A stretch of 42,968 nt of DNA from Burkholderiales bacterium (GCA_031378565.1 JANNEI010000056.1:1-42968), one strand, 5' to 3'. Shown: positions 27,290 through 36,500, counted from the stretch's first letter. Notes: generated by a model from the sequence alone, not told the origin. Program-made: numbers and translations.

Positions 27290-28162
27290 ATGCCAAACGC
27301 CAAACCAGAGTTCTCGTACGATGAGGCATTTTCAAGGAATATTGGATGGGTGACGGAAGCTGAACAGCGTCAGCTGAGGAATTCCAGGGTGTGTATTGCC
27401 GGGCTCGGGGGTGTCGGCGGTGTCTATCTTCTGACTTTGGCAAGACTTGGAATCGGGGCTTTCAGCGTCGCCGATTTCGATACCTTTTCGCTTGCCAACT
27501 TCAATCGTCAGGCAGGTGCGATGCTGAGTTCCATTGACCGTCCGAAGACCGATGTCATGGTCGAGATGGCACGCGACATCAATCCGAATCTGGATATCAG
27601 AATTTTCCGTGACGGTCTGAGTCAGGAAAATCTGGGCGATTTTCTTGCCGATGGGGATATCTATCTGGACGGTCTCGATTTTTTTGCACTCGATATCCGT
27701 CGCCGCCTGTTCTCCATCTGTGCTGAAAAGGGGATTCCCGCCACCACCGTCGCTCCACTCGGAATGGGTGCCGCACTGCTCAATTTCGTGCCGGGCAAGA
27801 TGACGTTCGAGGAGTATTTCGGCCTGGGCGGCCATACTGAGGGAGAGCAGGCCCTGCGGTTCCTGATCGGCTTGTCGCCCGCCATGCTGCAGATGACTTA
27901 TCTGGTCGATCCGACGAGAGTCGATCTGGAAAGGCGCAGGGGGCCGTCCACGATCATTGCGGTGCAACTTTGCAGTGGCATCGCCGCCGCGCAAGTGCTC
28001 AAGCTGCTGCTCAAGCGTGGCGATGTGGTCGCCGCGCCATCGGGGCTGCATTTCGATGCCTTCCGCAATCTGCTCAGGCGAACCTGGCGCCCGGGTGGCA
28101 ACAAGCATCCGATGCAACGGCTGGTGCTGCGCATCGCCCGAAAGCGGCTGCGGGTCAGGTAG
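27290..28162 (+). CDS. ThiF/MoeB/HesA-family E1-like adenylyltransferase
   Basis: ATG 27290 preceded by GGGAGA. CIAGLGGVGGVYLLTLARLG nucleotide-binding loop, ADFDTFSLANFNRQ. No CxxC zinc motifs seen. Confidence 0.8.
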   Translation: MPNAKPEFSYDEAFSRNIGWVTEAEQRQLRNSRVCIAGLGGVGGVYLLTLARLGIGAFSVADFDTFSLANFNRQAGAMLSSIDRPKTDVMVEMARDINPNLDIRIFRDGLSQENLGDFLADGDIYLDGLDFFALDIRRRLFSICAEKGIPATTVAPLGMGAALLNFVPGKMTFEEYFGLGGHTEGEQALRFLIGLSPAMLQMTYLVDPTRVDLERRRGPSTIIAVQLCSGIAAAQVLKLLLKRGDVVAAPSGLHFDAFRNLLRRTWRPGGNKHPMQRLVLRIARKRLRVR

Positions 28163-28215
28163 TTGCACACTCCAGCCTCGACGCAGCAACCCAACCTGAC
28201 TCCGAGGCAACCTCC

Positions 28216-29322
28216 ATGGCCATACCATCCACCGTCGAGCAGATTCTTGACCTCAGCCGGTGGGCACCCAGCGGCGACAACACGCAGCCCTGGCGCTTCG
28301 AGATCGTCGATGAAGGGCACGTCGTCGTACACGGCTTTGATACCCGGGATCACTGCGTCTACGATCTCGACGGACACCCGAGCCAGATCTCGTTGGGAGC
28401 GCTGATCGAAACGATTTCCATCGCCGCGAGTGCGCATGGCTTGCACACCGCAGCCTCCCGACGCAGCGGACTTCCCGACACCACACCCACCTTCGATCTT
28501 CGTTTCTCGTCCGATCCGCGAACGCAGGCCGATCCGCTGGTCACGCACATCCCCACACGCAGCGTGCAGCGACGCCCGATGCGCCTGCGCCCGTTGAGTG
28601 CAGCCGAAAAGCTCGCGCTCGAGGCATCGGTCGGCAGTGCCTGTCAGGTGCAGTGGATTGAAGGGTTCAGCGCGCGAAGCCGGGCCGCACGTCTGATGTT
28701 CAACAACGCCAGACTTCGATTGACCATGCCTGAGGCCTATGAAGTCCATCGGGATGTCATCGAATGGAACGCGAGGTTCAGCGAAGACCGGGTGCCGGAT
28801 CAGGCGCTCGGGGTCGACCCGATGACCGCCAGGCTGATGCACCACGTGCTTGGAAGCTGGGATCGCGTCAAGTTCTTCAACCGGTTTTTGGCTGGCACCG
28901 TGGCCCCGCGCCTTCAGATGGATCTGATCCCAGGGATTTTTTGCGCCGCACATTTCGTGCTCCTGGCCAGGCGGCGCCCACAATCGATTGACGACCATGT
29001 CGCCGCCGGCAGGGCCGTGCAGCGGTTCTGGCTGACGGCAACATCTCTCGGCCTCGTGATGCAGCCGGAGCTGACGCCGTTGATCTTCTCGCGCTATGTT
29101 CGCGACGGCGTCGCATTTTCCGCAGAACCCGGGATGGAGCAGACAGCGCGCGCTCTGGCGCTGCAACTGGAGGCGCTGATCGGCGCAGAAAGCACCGGTC
29201 TGGCGGTGTTCTTGGGTCGCATCGGTGCCGGCACCGCGGCCGTGTCGCGATCGACCCGCAAGCCGCTGGACCAGTTGATGGTTGCAACCGGCCGGATCAC
29301 TGAGCCTTCAGCAGCTGATTGA
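28216..29322 (+). CDS. Tandem nitroreductase-fold protein (Acg-like FMN-binding family)
   Basis: ATG 28216 preceded by GAGG. ILDLSRWAPSGDNTQPWRFEIV. Its 368-aa length fits a two-lobed nitroreductase-like protein. Confidence 0.7.
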   Translation: MAIPSTVEQILDLSRWAPSGDNTQPWRFEIVDEGHVVVHGFDTRDHCVYDLDGHPSQISLGALIETISIAASAHGLHTAASRRSGLPDTTPTFDLRFSSDPRTQADPLVTHIPTRSVQRRPMRLRPLSAAEKLALEASVGSACQVQWIEGFSARSRAARLMFNNARLRLTMPEAYEVHRDVIEWNARFSEDRVPDQALGVDPMTARLMHHVLGSWDRVKFFNRFLAGTVAPRLQMDLIPGIFCAAHFVLLARRRPQSIDDHVAAGRAVQRFWLTATSLGLVMQPELTPLIFSRYVRDGVAFSAEPGMEQTARALALQLEALIGAESTGLAVFLGRIGAGTAAVSRSTRKPLDQLMVATGRITEPSAAD

Positions 29323-32068
29323 CCTCCTCGTAACCCGAAAATGCCGGGCCGATCTTCGCCAGCTTTTCCAGTTCATCCCGGGCGCGGACCTTGTCTGCGG
29401 CCTTGAGGTAAATCTTCGCAAGGGTCAGCCGCAGCGCGGGGTTCTGCGGCTGAATGTCCAGCGCCTTCTTTTGCACCGAGACCGCACGCTCGATCTGATT
29501 CTCATCGGCAAGAATCATTGCCAGCGTGTCCATGAACAGCGGCTGGCCGGGCTGCAACGCGTTTGCTTTCTCGGCGTAGCCGAGCGCATTCTTCTTGTTG
29601 AGCCTGGACGTGAGCCACGCCACGTTGTTGAGGGCCGCCGCATCGTCGGGCCGGATCTGCACAACGCCCAGATAGTTCGCTTCGGCTTGCGCATAGTCCC
29701 GCTGCGCCAGCGCCACATCGCCCAGATGAAACAGGAAACCGGCGTCTTTCGGAAAATCCTTCATCCAAGCGGCTGCAAACCTGTCCGCCTCCGCTCGGCG
29801 GGCGGCGGTCAGCAAGACCGCGTGGAGCTTCACTGCGAGGTCAGTGGACTTCTTTTTCTTCAGGCCGGCACGGTACGCATTGGCAGCGCCATCGAAGTTC
29901 TTCAACGACGCCTCGATGTCCCCTTCGAACAGGTAGCCCACACCGTCGGTGCCGCGCTGCTTCTGCACCGCCTGCGCCAACGCCAGTGCCTCCTGGGAAT
30001 GCCCTGCGGCAAGTTCGAGGGCCACCAGATTGCGCTGCGCTTGCAGGGAATCCGGCGAGATCGCCAGCGCCCGCTTCAAGCTTTGCACCGCCATGTCGTT
30101 GCTCTTGCGCGCCACATGAACATCGGCCAGCAGCAGGTGCGGATACGCCGATTGCGGAAGCAGCGCGGCCAGCTTGGTGTACGAACTGACCGCCTGATTG
30201 AAATCGCCCGACAGCGCCTGCACCCGGCCCACCGCCTCCAGCAATTGCGGGCTGTCGGGCACGGCGGCCAAGGCGTCCTGGGCTGCCGCCAGTGCCTGCT
30301 TGAGGTCTTTGCGCTTGAGGTGGTGATCAATCAACAGCAGGCGTGGTGTGACCTCCGTCGGGTTGAGCTTGATGGCGCTGGAGATGAGCTGCGCCACTTC
30401 CTCGGGGCTGCCGCCCGCCGCGGCGCGCAGCCCGGCGATGGCCAGCAAGGCTTTGTGATTCGACGGCTCAACTGCCAACAGCTTGTCGAAGCGCTCTTTC
30501 GCCTGCGCAATCTTTCCTTCGGCGAGGTCGATCGCGGCAAGGCTGTCGACGGCCGGAAAGTACGCCGCGTCAACCGCCACAGCACGCTCGAAGCTCTTGC
30601 GGGCACCGGCAACGTCTTGCCGGGACATCTGGATTTTCCCCCGCAGGCTCGGTGCCAACGGCTTGTCCGGCTGCTTGCGCTCAAGCGCGTCCACCGCCTT
30701 CAGCGCACCGTCCAGTTCGTTGCGCTGAAAGTGCGCGCTGATCAGGGCCAGGTCGGCCGTCGTGCCGCTGTCCGACGCGGCGATGCCTTGCAGTTCACTG
30801 AATGCAATGTCCGCGTTGCCACTGGACAGACGCGTCAACGCCAGCGCCGTGCGACTCTTGACATCCTTCGGGTTCAACTTGGCCGCCCGCGAGTAATAGT
30901 CCGTCGCCTTGCCCATCTCGCCCGCCTGAAGATGGGCCTCGGCCAGCAGCGAGAAAATCTCGGCGTCCGGACCGATCGCTTCGACCACCGGCAGGAGAAC
31001 GACGATCGCCTTGGCGGGTTGGCCCGATCGCAGATAGGTCTGTGCAAGCAGGCGACGGGCAGACCGGTGGTTCGGCGCGCGTTGCAGGGTCTGACTCAGG
31101 TACTTCTCGGCCTGTCCGAATGAGCCCAGTTCGTACTCGACCGAGCCAGCCAGATGCAATGCCCGGGAATAGTCGGGGGCAGAGCGCAACAGCTCCTGGG
31201 CCAGTTGCCGGGCCTTCGCGAGATCGTGGCGGCGCAGCGCCAGCAAGGCCTCGAAGTACTTGGTTTGCGGGTGGTTCGCAAACAACTTGCGCATCTCCTC
31301 CAACTGCGCCTGCGCGGCCGTCAGGTCATTCTTGCCGAGCAAGACCGAGATGACGGCGGTGTGTGCGGGGAGCAAGTCTTTCTTGATGCCCAGTGCTCGC
31401 CGGTAAGCTTCGAGGGACGCAGCCGCGTCGCCTTTTCCCAGGTACAGCAAGTCGCCCTTGAGCTGCCAGGCCTCGGGCTCGTCGGGGCTGCTCTTCAGCA
31501 CCTTGTCGATCATCTGCAACGCGCCGTCGGGGTCTCCGTTGCGGGCGAGCATCTGCGTCTGCACGATCAGCGCGGGCGCGAAGTCCGGAACTGCCTTCAG
31601 CGCCGCGGCCAGCGCGTCGCTCGCTTGCTGCCGGTTGCCGAGCCTGGCGTAGGCGACTGCGATCGAGGTCTTCAGGTCGGCAGCGGCAGCGGGCTCCGGC
31701 AAATCCACCAAGCCATATTGCTCGACAAGCGTCTTCACCTGGCCTTCGGCGACCAGGGCCTGTGCGAGGATCGGCAACACCGCTGCCGCCGGATGATTCA
31801 AGTCCAGCGCACGTCGAAGCTCCGCTGAAGCGCCGCTGACATCGCCAACAGCGAGCAACGTCTTGCCCAGCAGGAAGCGCGCTTCTGCCTGGTTCGGACT
31901 CTTCTGCAGCGCCGTCTTCAGCTGGATGACGGCCGCGTTGCGGTCGTTGCTGGCCAGATAAGTTTTTGCCGAGGCGACGAGGTCTTCCGGGCTCTGTGCG
32001 CCACAACTCGCAAGCACCAGGGTCAGGGCAACGATGGCAGGGATGAGCGGGTGGCGTTGTTGCTTCAT
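29297..32068 (-). CDS. prsT: PEP-CTERM system TPR-repeat lipoprotein
   Basis: 923 aa. Lipobox LVLASCG. TPR repeats throughout. Confidence 0.85.
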   Translation of the reverse strand: MKQQRHPLIPAIVALTLVLASCGAQSPEDLVASAKTYLASNDRNAAVIQLKTALQKSPNQAEARFLLGKTLLAVGDVSGASAELRRALDLNHPAAAVLPILAQALVAEGQVKTLVEQYGLVDLPEPAAAADLKTSIAVAYARLGNRQQASDALAAALKAVPDFAPALIVQTQMLARNGDPDGALQMIDKVLKSSPDEPEAWQLKGDLLYLGKGDAAASLEAYRRALGIKKDLLPAHTAVISVLLGKNDLTAAQAQLEEMRKLFANHPQTKYFEALLALRRHDLAKARQLAQELLRSAPDYSRALHLAGSVEYELGSFGQAEKYLSQTLQRAPNHRSARRLLAQTYLRSGQPAKAIVVLLPVVEAIGPDAEIFSLLAEAHLQAGEMGKATDYYSRAAKLNPKDVKSRTALALTRLSSGNADIAFSELQGIAASDSGTTADLALISAHFQRNELDGALKAVDALERKQPDKPLAPSLRGKIQMSRQDVAGARKSFERAVAVDAAYFPAVDSLAAIDLAEGKIAQAKERFDKLLAVEPSNHKALLAIAGLRAAAGGSPEEVAQLISSAIKLNPTEVTPRLLLIDHHLKRKDLKQALAAAQDALAAVPDSPQLLEAVGRVQALSGDFNQAVSSYTKLAALLPQSAYPHLLLADVHVARKSNDMAVQSLKRALAISPDSLQAQRNLVALELAAGHSQEALALAQAVQKQRGTDGVGYLFEGDIEASLKNFDGAANAYRAGLKKKKSTDLAVKLHAVLLTAARRAEADRFAAAWMKDFPKDAGFLFHLGDVALAQRDYAQAEANYLGVVQIRPDDAAALNNVAWLTSRLNKKNALGYAEKANALQPGQPLFMDTLAMILADENQIERAVSVQKKALDIQPQNPALRLTLAKIYLKAADKVRARDELEKLAKIGPAFSGYEEVNQLLKAQ

Positions 32069-32098
32069 GACTGGCGCTGTTGGATCTCGCGATGCAGC

Positions 32099-33463
32099 CT
32101 ACTGGATCGACAAGCGACGCATCAGGTCGTAGAGCGTGGGGCGGGTCACACCGAGTATCTCGGAGGCTTTCACGATGTTGCCATCGGCCCGGGCCAGTGC
32201 AGCGACAACGGCACCGCGCTCTGCCTTCTCGCGCACCATGCGCAAGCCCAGCAACGGTTCGCCCTCGGGCTCCGCGCTGGCCGATCGCGGCAGGCCAAGG
32301 TCGTCGCAGGTCACGCGGCTGCCCTCCGCCATGATTGCCACCCGCTTGATGGCGTTCAGCAGCTCGCGAACGTTGCCCGGCCACGCATAGCCATCGATCG
32401 CCGTCAGCGCCTCGTCCGAAAAGCTCATCGAGCTGCGGTTCTGCTCGCGCGCAAACCGCCTGAGGAAGGCCTGGGCCAGCATCACCGAATCGCCCTGTCG
32501 CGCGCGCAGCGGGGGGATGTCGATCTCGATCTCGGCCAAGCGGTAGTAGAGGTCTTGCCTGAAACGGTTTGCCTTGATGAAGTCGGGCAGGTCCTGGTGG
32601 GTCGCGCAGACCACCCTGACATCGATCGGAATCTCCTGGCGTCCACCGATGCGCTCGATGGTCCGCTCCTGCAGAAAGCGCAGCAACTTGGCCTGCAACG
32701 ACGGCGGCAGGTCGCCGATTTCATCGAGCATCAGCGTGCCGCCGTTGGCCGTCTCGATCTTGCCGATGGTGCTTTTCGCCGCGCCGGTGAACGAGCCTTT
32801 CTCGAAGCCGAACAGTTCGCTTTCGAGCAGGTTCTCGGGGATCGCCGCGCAGTTGATTGCAACGAACTTGCCGGTGCGCCTCGACGCCAGATGCAGCGCC
32901 TGCGCCAGCACTTCCTTGCCGGTGCCGCTTTCGCCCAGCAGCAGCACGGTCGCGTTGGTCGGTGCCACCTTCTCGACCGTGCGGCAGATTCTCAGCAATT
33001 GCGGGTCCCGCGTCACCAGGCCGGCCAGCGCGTCGGGCTGCTGCATCTCTCGCAGGTGCCGGTTTTCGCTTTGCAACTCGAAAAGGCGGAACGCCCGCCC
33101 AACGATCAGGCCGAGCGTATCGGGCTCGAACGGTTTTGCAAGAAAGTCGTAGGCCCCGAGGTCAATCGCCCGCAAGGCGTTGGCCTGGTCGTTCTGGCCG
33201 GTCAGCACGATGACCTTGACGTTCGGGTCGAGTTCGAGCACCTGCGCCAGCAGCTTGAATCCTTCCTGCACCGTGTCGGGGTCGGGCGGCAGTCCCAGGT
33301 CCATCGTGACCACGGCGGGTGAATGGCGCCGGAACTGCGCCAACGCGCTGACCCGGTCGTTCGCGGTGACCGAATCGAAGCGATCGAGCGACCACTTGAT
33401 CTGCTTTTGCAGTGCGAGGTCGTCCTCGACAATCAGCAACAGCGACCGTTTTTCCGGTGTCAT
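32099..33463 (-). CDS. prsR: PEP-CTERM-box sigma-54-dependent response regulator
   Basis: Receiver LLIVEDD...TMDLGLPPD. AAA+ GESGTGKE and FGFEKGSFTGA (GAFTGA-type). C-terminal Fis-type HTH ASEILGVTRPTLYDLMRRL. ATG 33463 preceded by GGAG. Confidence 0.9.
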   Translation of the reverse strand: MTPEKRSLLLIVEDDLALQKQIKWSLDRFDSVTANDRVSALAQFRRHSPAVVTMDLGLPPDPDTVQEGFKLLAQVLELDPNVKVIVLTGQNDQANALRAIDLGAYDFLAKPFEPDTLGLIVGRAFRLFELQSENRHLREMQQPDALAGLVTRDPQLLRICRTVEKVAPTNATVLLLGESGTGKEVLAQALHLASRRTGKFVAINCAAIPENLLESELFGFEKGSFTGAAKSTIGKIETANGGTLMLDEIGDLPPSLQAKLLRFLQERTIERIGGRQEIPIDVRVVCATHQDLPDFIKANRFRQDLYYRLAEIEIDIPPLRARQGDSVMLAQAFLRRFAREQNRSSMSFSDEALTAIDGYAWPGNVRELLNAIKRVAIMAEGSRVTCDDLGLPRSASAEPEGEPLLGLRMVREKAERGAVVAALARADGNIVKASEILGVTRPTLYDLMRRLSIQ

Positions 33464-33688
33464 GGTGTCTCCGACGGAAGGGGGCGTCATGCGGAACCAG
33501 CGAACCACATCCGAAGACGCACGACACCGGTTGCAGACAGAAACTTACCGCGAAGATACAGGTTCTTCATCCGTCGTGGCATCCCTTGACAACGGGGCTG
33601 GCGCGCGGCCGGGCGGCGGTGCCGCGCCATGCCGGAACGAGTTCACGCCAGCCGCCGATTCATTCCACGCCGGATCGACAGGAGCCGT

Positions 33689-35224
33689 TCAAGCTGTCCT
33701 GCCGGGGGCAAACGAAGCGGCTTCTCGCAGATCGTCGAGCCAGGCCTCGTAGGCGGCGTCCCGCTCGGCGGGTTCGGCGCGCAACAGCGCCGACGGGTGC
33801 AGCGTGATCAGCACCCGCCGCCCGTCGTTGCGGATCAACCAGCGCCCGCGGTCCTTCATCACCGCCACCGGCGCGCCCATCAGCGAGCGCGCCGCGGTGG
33901 CACCGAGGGCCACCAATGCCGCCGGCTGAACAAGATCGATCTCGCGTTCAAGCCAGTCCAGGCAGGCGGCAGCTTCCTGCTGCGACGGGGTTTTGTGGAT
34001 GCGTCGCTTGCCGCGCAGTTCGTACTTGAAATGTTTGACCGCGTTGGTCACGTACACCGCGCCACGCGCCCATCCCAGGTCGGCAAGTGCACGGTCGAAA
34101 AGCTGTCCGGACGGGCCGACGAACGGCCGGCCGTGCAGGTCTTCCTGGTCGCCCGGTTGCTCGCCAACGAACATCACGCGCGCCGACAACGGGCCTTCGC
34201 CGCTCACCGCCTGCGTTGCGTGCTGGCCGATCGGACAGGCGCGACAGCGCTCGGTCGCCTCGCGCAATTCGGCGAGGCCGTGCAGCCCTTCGGCCGCAAC
34301 TGCAACCGCTGCCGCTCGCACGATGACAGGCGCGGCAACCAGCGGCCTGCGCCTCGTGGAGACGGTCGGTGCCCCGTCGATCATGGCGGCGGTGCGCTGC
34401 TGCGCCTGCGCAGACAGTGGGCCGATCAAGGCAGCTTCTGGCAGGTTCTTCCAGTACCGCTTGGGCATTTCCTTCTGCATCATCCTGAGCTTCAGCCGAG
34501 CCGGATTGAAGATGTTGCGGTAGTACGTGAGCCAGAGTTTTTCCCCGGCGTCTGCAGGCGGCGCGTCGTTGCGCCCGGCACCCGGGTTGAATTCGAGTTG
34601 CGAGCCGTTCCACCGTACGCAGCGCTCGGGTGTCAGGATGGCCCAGCGCATCTGGGTGAAGCGGCGCACGAAGAAAGGCGCGATCGCCTCGACGATGTGG
34701 TGCTCGGGCTCGAACCACGCAACGTGCAGCGGCTCGGCCTGCGGGCACTCGACATCCACGCCCGGCTCGATGCGCGTAAAGCGCACGAAGGCCTTCATCT
34801 TGTGCTGGTCCCGGTGCACCGAATGCGCCATGCGGGTCAATGCCAGGCGGTCGGGGTCGAGCGGGTCGTGTCGCAGGCCGCTGTCGTGCTGCAAGCGCCA
34901 GAGCAGTCGGTACAGCAGGCCGAAGCGCGTCGAATCGCGGTGCAGCACGACGCTGGCGCACAGCGTTGCGAAAGCCTCCGGAACGCGAAGCGTGCACTGA
35001 CCCTCGCCGTCCGGCACCGGCTCGACAACCGCGCGATCGAGGTGCGACGGCTCACTGCCGAAAAGATCGGGTTCGGCGGCCAGCCCGGTTTCCCATGTCA
35101 CCTGTTCTGGCAGCACACCCCGAGCGATGAGCTGTCGGCAGGCACGCCGGAATCCATCGAGGTCGGTGGCGCTGGCCAGACGAACGACGCGCGGTTCGTC
35201 GCTTCGAGAAGGCTCAGTCCCCAT
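33689..35224 (-). CDS. Probable DNA-metabolism domain (DUF4130-like) fused to a family-4 uracil-DNA glycosylase domain
   Basis: C-terminal CRACPI...GEGP...VMFVGEQPGDQEDLHGRPFVGPSGQLF...HPSALLR. The N-terminal half is typical of the partner of the DNA-repair radical SAM protein. Overlaps the upstream gene by 11 nt. Confidence 0.85.
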   Translation of the reverse strand: MGTEPSRSDEPRVVRLASATDLDGFRRACRQLIARGVLPEQVTWETGLAAEPDLFGSEPSHLDRAVVEPVPDGEGQCTLRVPEAFATLCASVVLHRDSTRFGLLYRLLWRLQHDSGLRHDPLDPDRLALTRMAHSVHRDQHKMKAFVRFTRIEPGVDVECPQAEPLHVAWFEPEHHIVEAIAPFFVRRFTQMRWAILTPERCVRWNGSQLEFNPGAGRNDAPPADAGEKLWLTYYRNIFNPARLKLRMMQKEMPKRYWKNLPEAALIGPLSAQAQQRTAAMIDGAPTVSTRRRPLVAAPVIVRAAAVAVAAEGLHGLAELREATERCRACPIGQHATQAVSGEGPLSARVMFVGEQPGDQEDLHGRPFVGPSGQLFDRALADLGWARGAVYVTNAVKHFKYELRGKRRIHKTPSQQEAAACLDWLEREIDLVQPAALVALGATAARSLMGAPVAVMKDRGRWLIRNDGRRVLITLHPSALLRAEPAERDAAYEAWLDDLREAASFAPGRTA

Positions 35225-36500
35225 CGAACGACGCTTCGAACAACGATGCCTGCTGCGGTGCCGCCGCGGGCCGCAGCAACGCTGTGAAGCGCTCGTCGCT
35301 CAGTTCGGCACCCCGTCGCTGCCCATCGACCCGCACGAACGGCAGCACTTTCTTGAGCGGCACATTCAGCCTGCCCAGATCGTCGGCCCGCAGCCGCCGG
35401 ATGCGCCGCGATTGCATGAGCCGTTGCACCGCCTTGACGCCCAGGCCGGGGACCCGCAGCAGCATTTCCTTCGGCGCGGCGTTCAGGTCGACCGGGAAGC
35501 GCTCGCGATGTGCCAGCGCCCAAGCCAGCTTCGGGTCGATGTCGAGGGCGAGCATGCCGTGCTCGGCAGACACGATCTCGTCGTGTGCAAAGCCATAAAA
35601 GCGCATCAACCAGTCGGCCTGATAAAGCCGGTGTTCCCGGGCCATCGGCGGCGGCTTCAGCGGCAGCGCCCGCGAGCTGTCGGGGATCGGGCTGAAGGCA
35701 GAGTAATAGACCCGCTTCAGGCGGTAAGAACCGTACAGCGTCGCGCTGGTCAGCAAGATGGTGCGGTCAGACGAATCGTCCGCCCCGACGATCATCTGCG
35801 TGCTCTGCCCTGCCGGCGCGAAACGTGGAGGCTTGGCGCGACGCGGCGGCACCATCACCTGCGAGGTGGTCGGTGCGGGCCGGGCGGCCTCGCGCGCGTC
35901 GGCGATGTGAATCGCCAGCCGCGCCATCGAGCGCCGGATTCCCGGGCCGTCCTTTTCGGGTGCCAGTGCAGCAAGGCTCTGCACCGTGGGAAGTTCGATG
36001 TTGATGCTGAGCCTGTCGGCGTGGCGGCCGGCCAGCGCCAGCAATTCGGCAGACGCCTCGGGGATGGTCTTCAAGTGGATGTAGCCGCGAAAGTCGTGCT
36101 CTTCGCGCAGCACGCGGGCCACCTCCACCACCTGCTCCATCGTGTAGTCGGGGCTGCGAATGATGCCGGAGCTGAGGAAGAGGCCCTCGATGCAATTGCG
36201 ACGATAGAAGTCGAGCGTCAGCTTGACCACTTCATCCACCGTGAAGCGGGCGCGCGCCACGTTGCTCGTCACGCGATTCACGCAGTACAGACAGTCGTAA
36301 ACGCAAAAATTCGTGAGCAGAATCTTCAGCAGCGAGATGCAGCGGCCATCAGGTGCATAGCTGTGGCAGATGCCCGAGCCTTCGGTTGAACCGATGCCGC
36401 GCCCGCCGACCGAATGTTTGGTGGTGGTGCCGCTCGACGCACACGAGGCGTCGTACTTGGCGGCGTCGGCGAGGATGGCGAGTTTGCGGTCGAGGTCCAT
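35214..36500 (-). CDS. Putative DNA modification/repair radical SAM protein
   Basis: MDLDRKLAILADAAKYDASCASSG start. CVYDCLYC (Cx3Cx2C). C-terminal HhH-like LLRVPGLGVKAV. The start at 36500 leaves the SOS box in the promoter region. Confidence 0.85.
   Translation of the reverse strand: MDLDRKLAILADAAKYDASCASSGTTTKHSVGGRGIGSTEGSGICHSYAPDGRCISLLKILLTNFCVYDCLYCVNRVTSNVARARFTVDEVVKLTLDFYRRNCIEGLFLSSGIIRSPDYTMEQVVEVARVLREEHDFRGYIHLKTIPEASAELLALAGRHADRLSINIELPTVQSLAALAPEKDGPGIRRSMARLAIHIADAREAARPAPTTSQVMVPPRRAKPPRFAPAGQSTQMIVGADDSSDRTILLTSATLYGSYRLKRVYYSAFSPIPDSSRALPLKPPPMAREHRLYQADWLMRFYGFAHDEIVSAEHGMLALDIDPKLAWALAHRERFPVDLNAAPKEMLLRVPGLGVKAVQRLMQSRRIRRLRADDLGRLNVPLKKVLPFVRVDGQRRGAELSDERFTALLRPAAAPQQASLFEASFDGD

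Noticed and set aside
27290-29322. A TOMM/azoline (McbBCD-like) system, suggested by an E1-like protein plus a nitroreductase-fold flavoprotein.
   Set aside because: No YcaO cyclodehydratase and no Cys/Ser/Thr-rich short precursor are present. The nitroreductase looks like the tandem Acg type rather than the SagB type.
33599-33629. GC-rich imperfect hairpin (TGGCGCG...CGCGCCA) after the UDG-fusion gene as an intrinsic terminator.
   Set aside because: There is no T-tract on the minus strand after the stem, and the stem is bulged. It could equally be incidental GC-rich self-complementarity.
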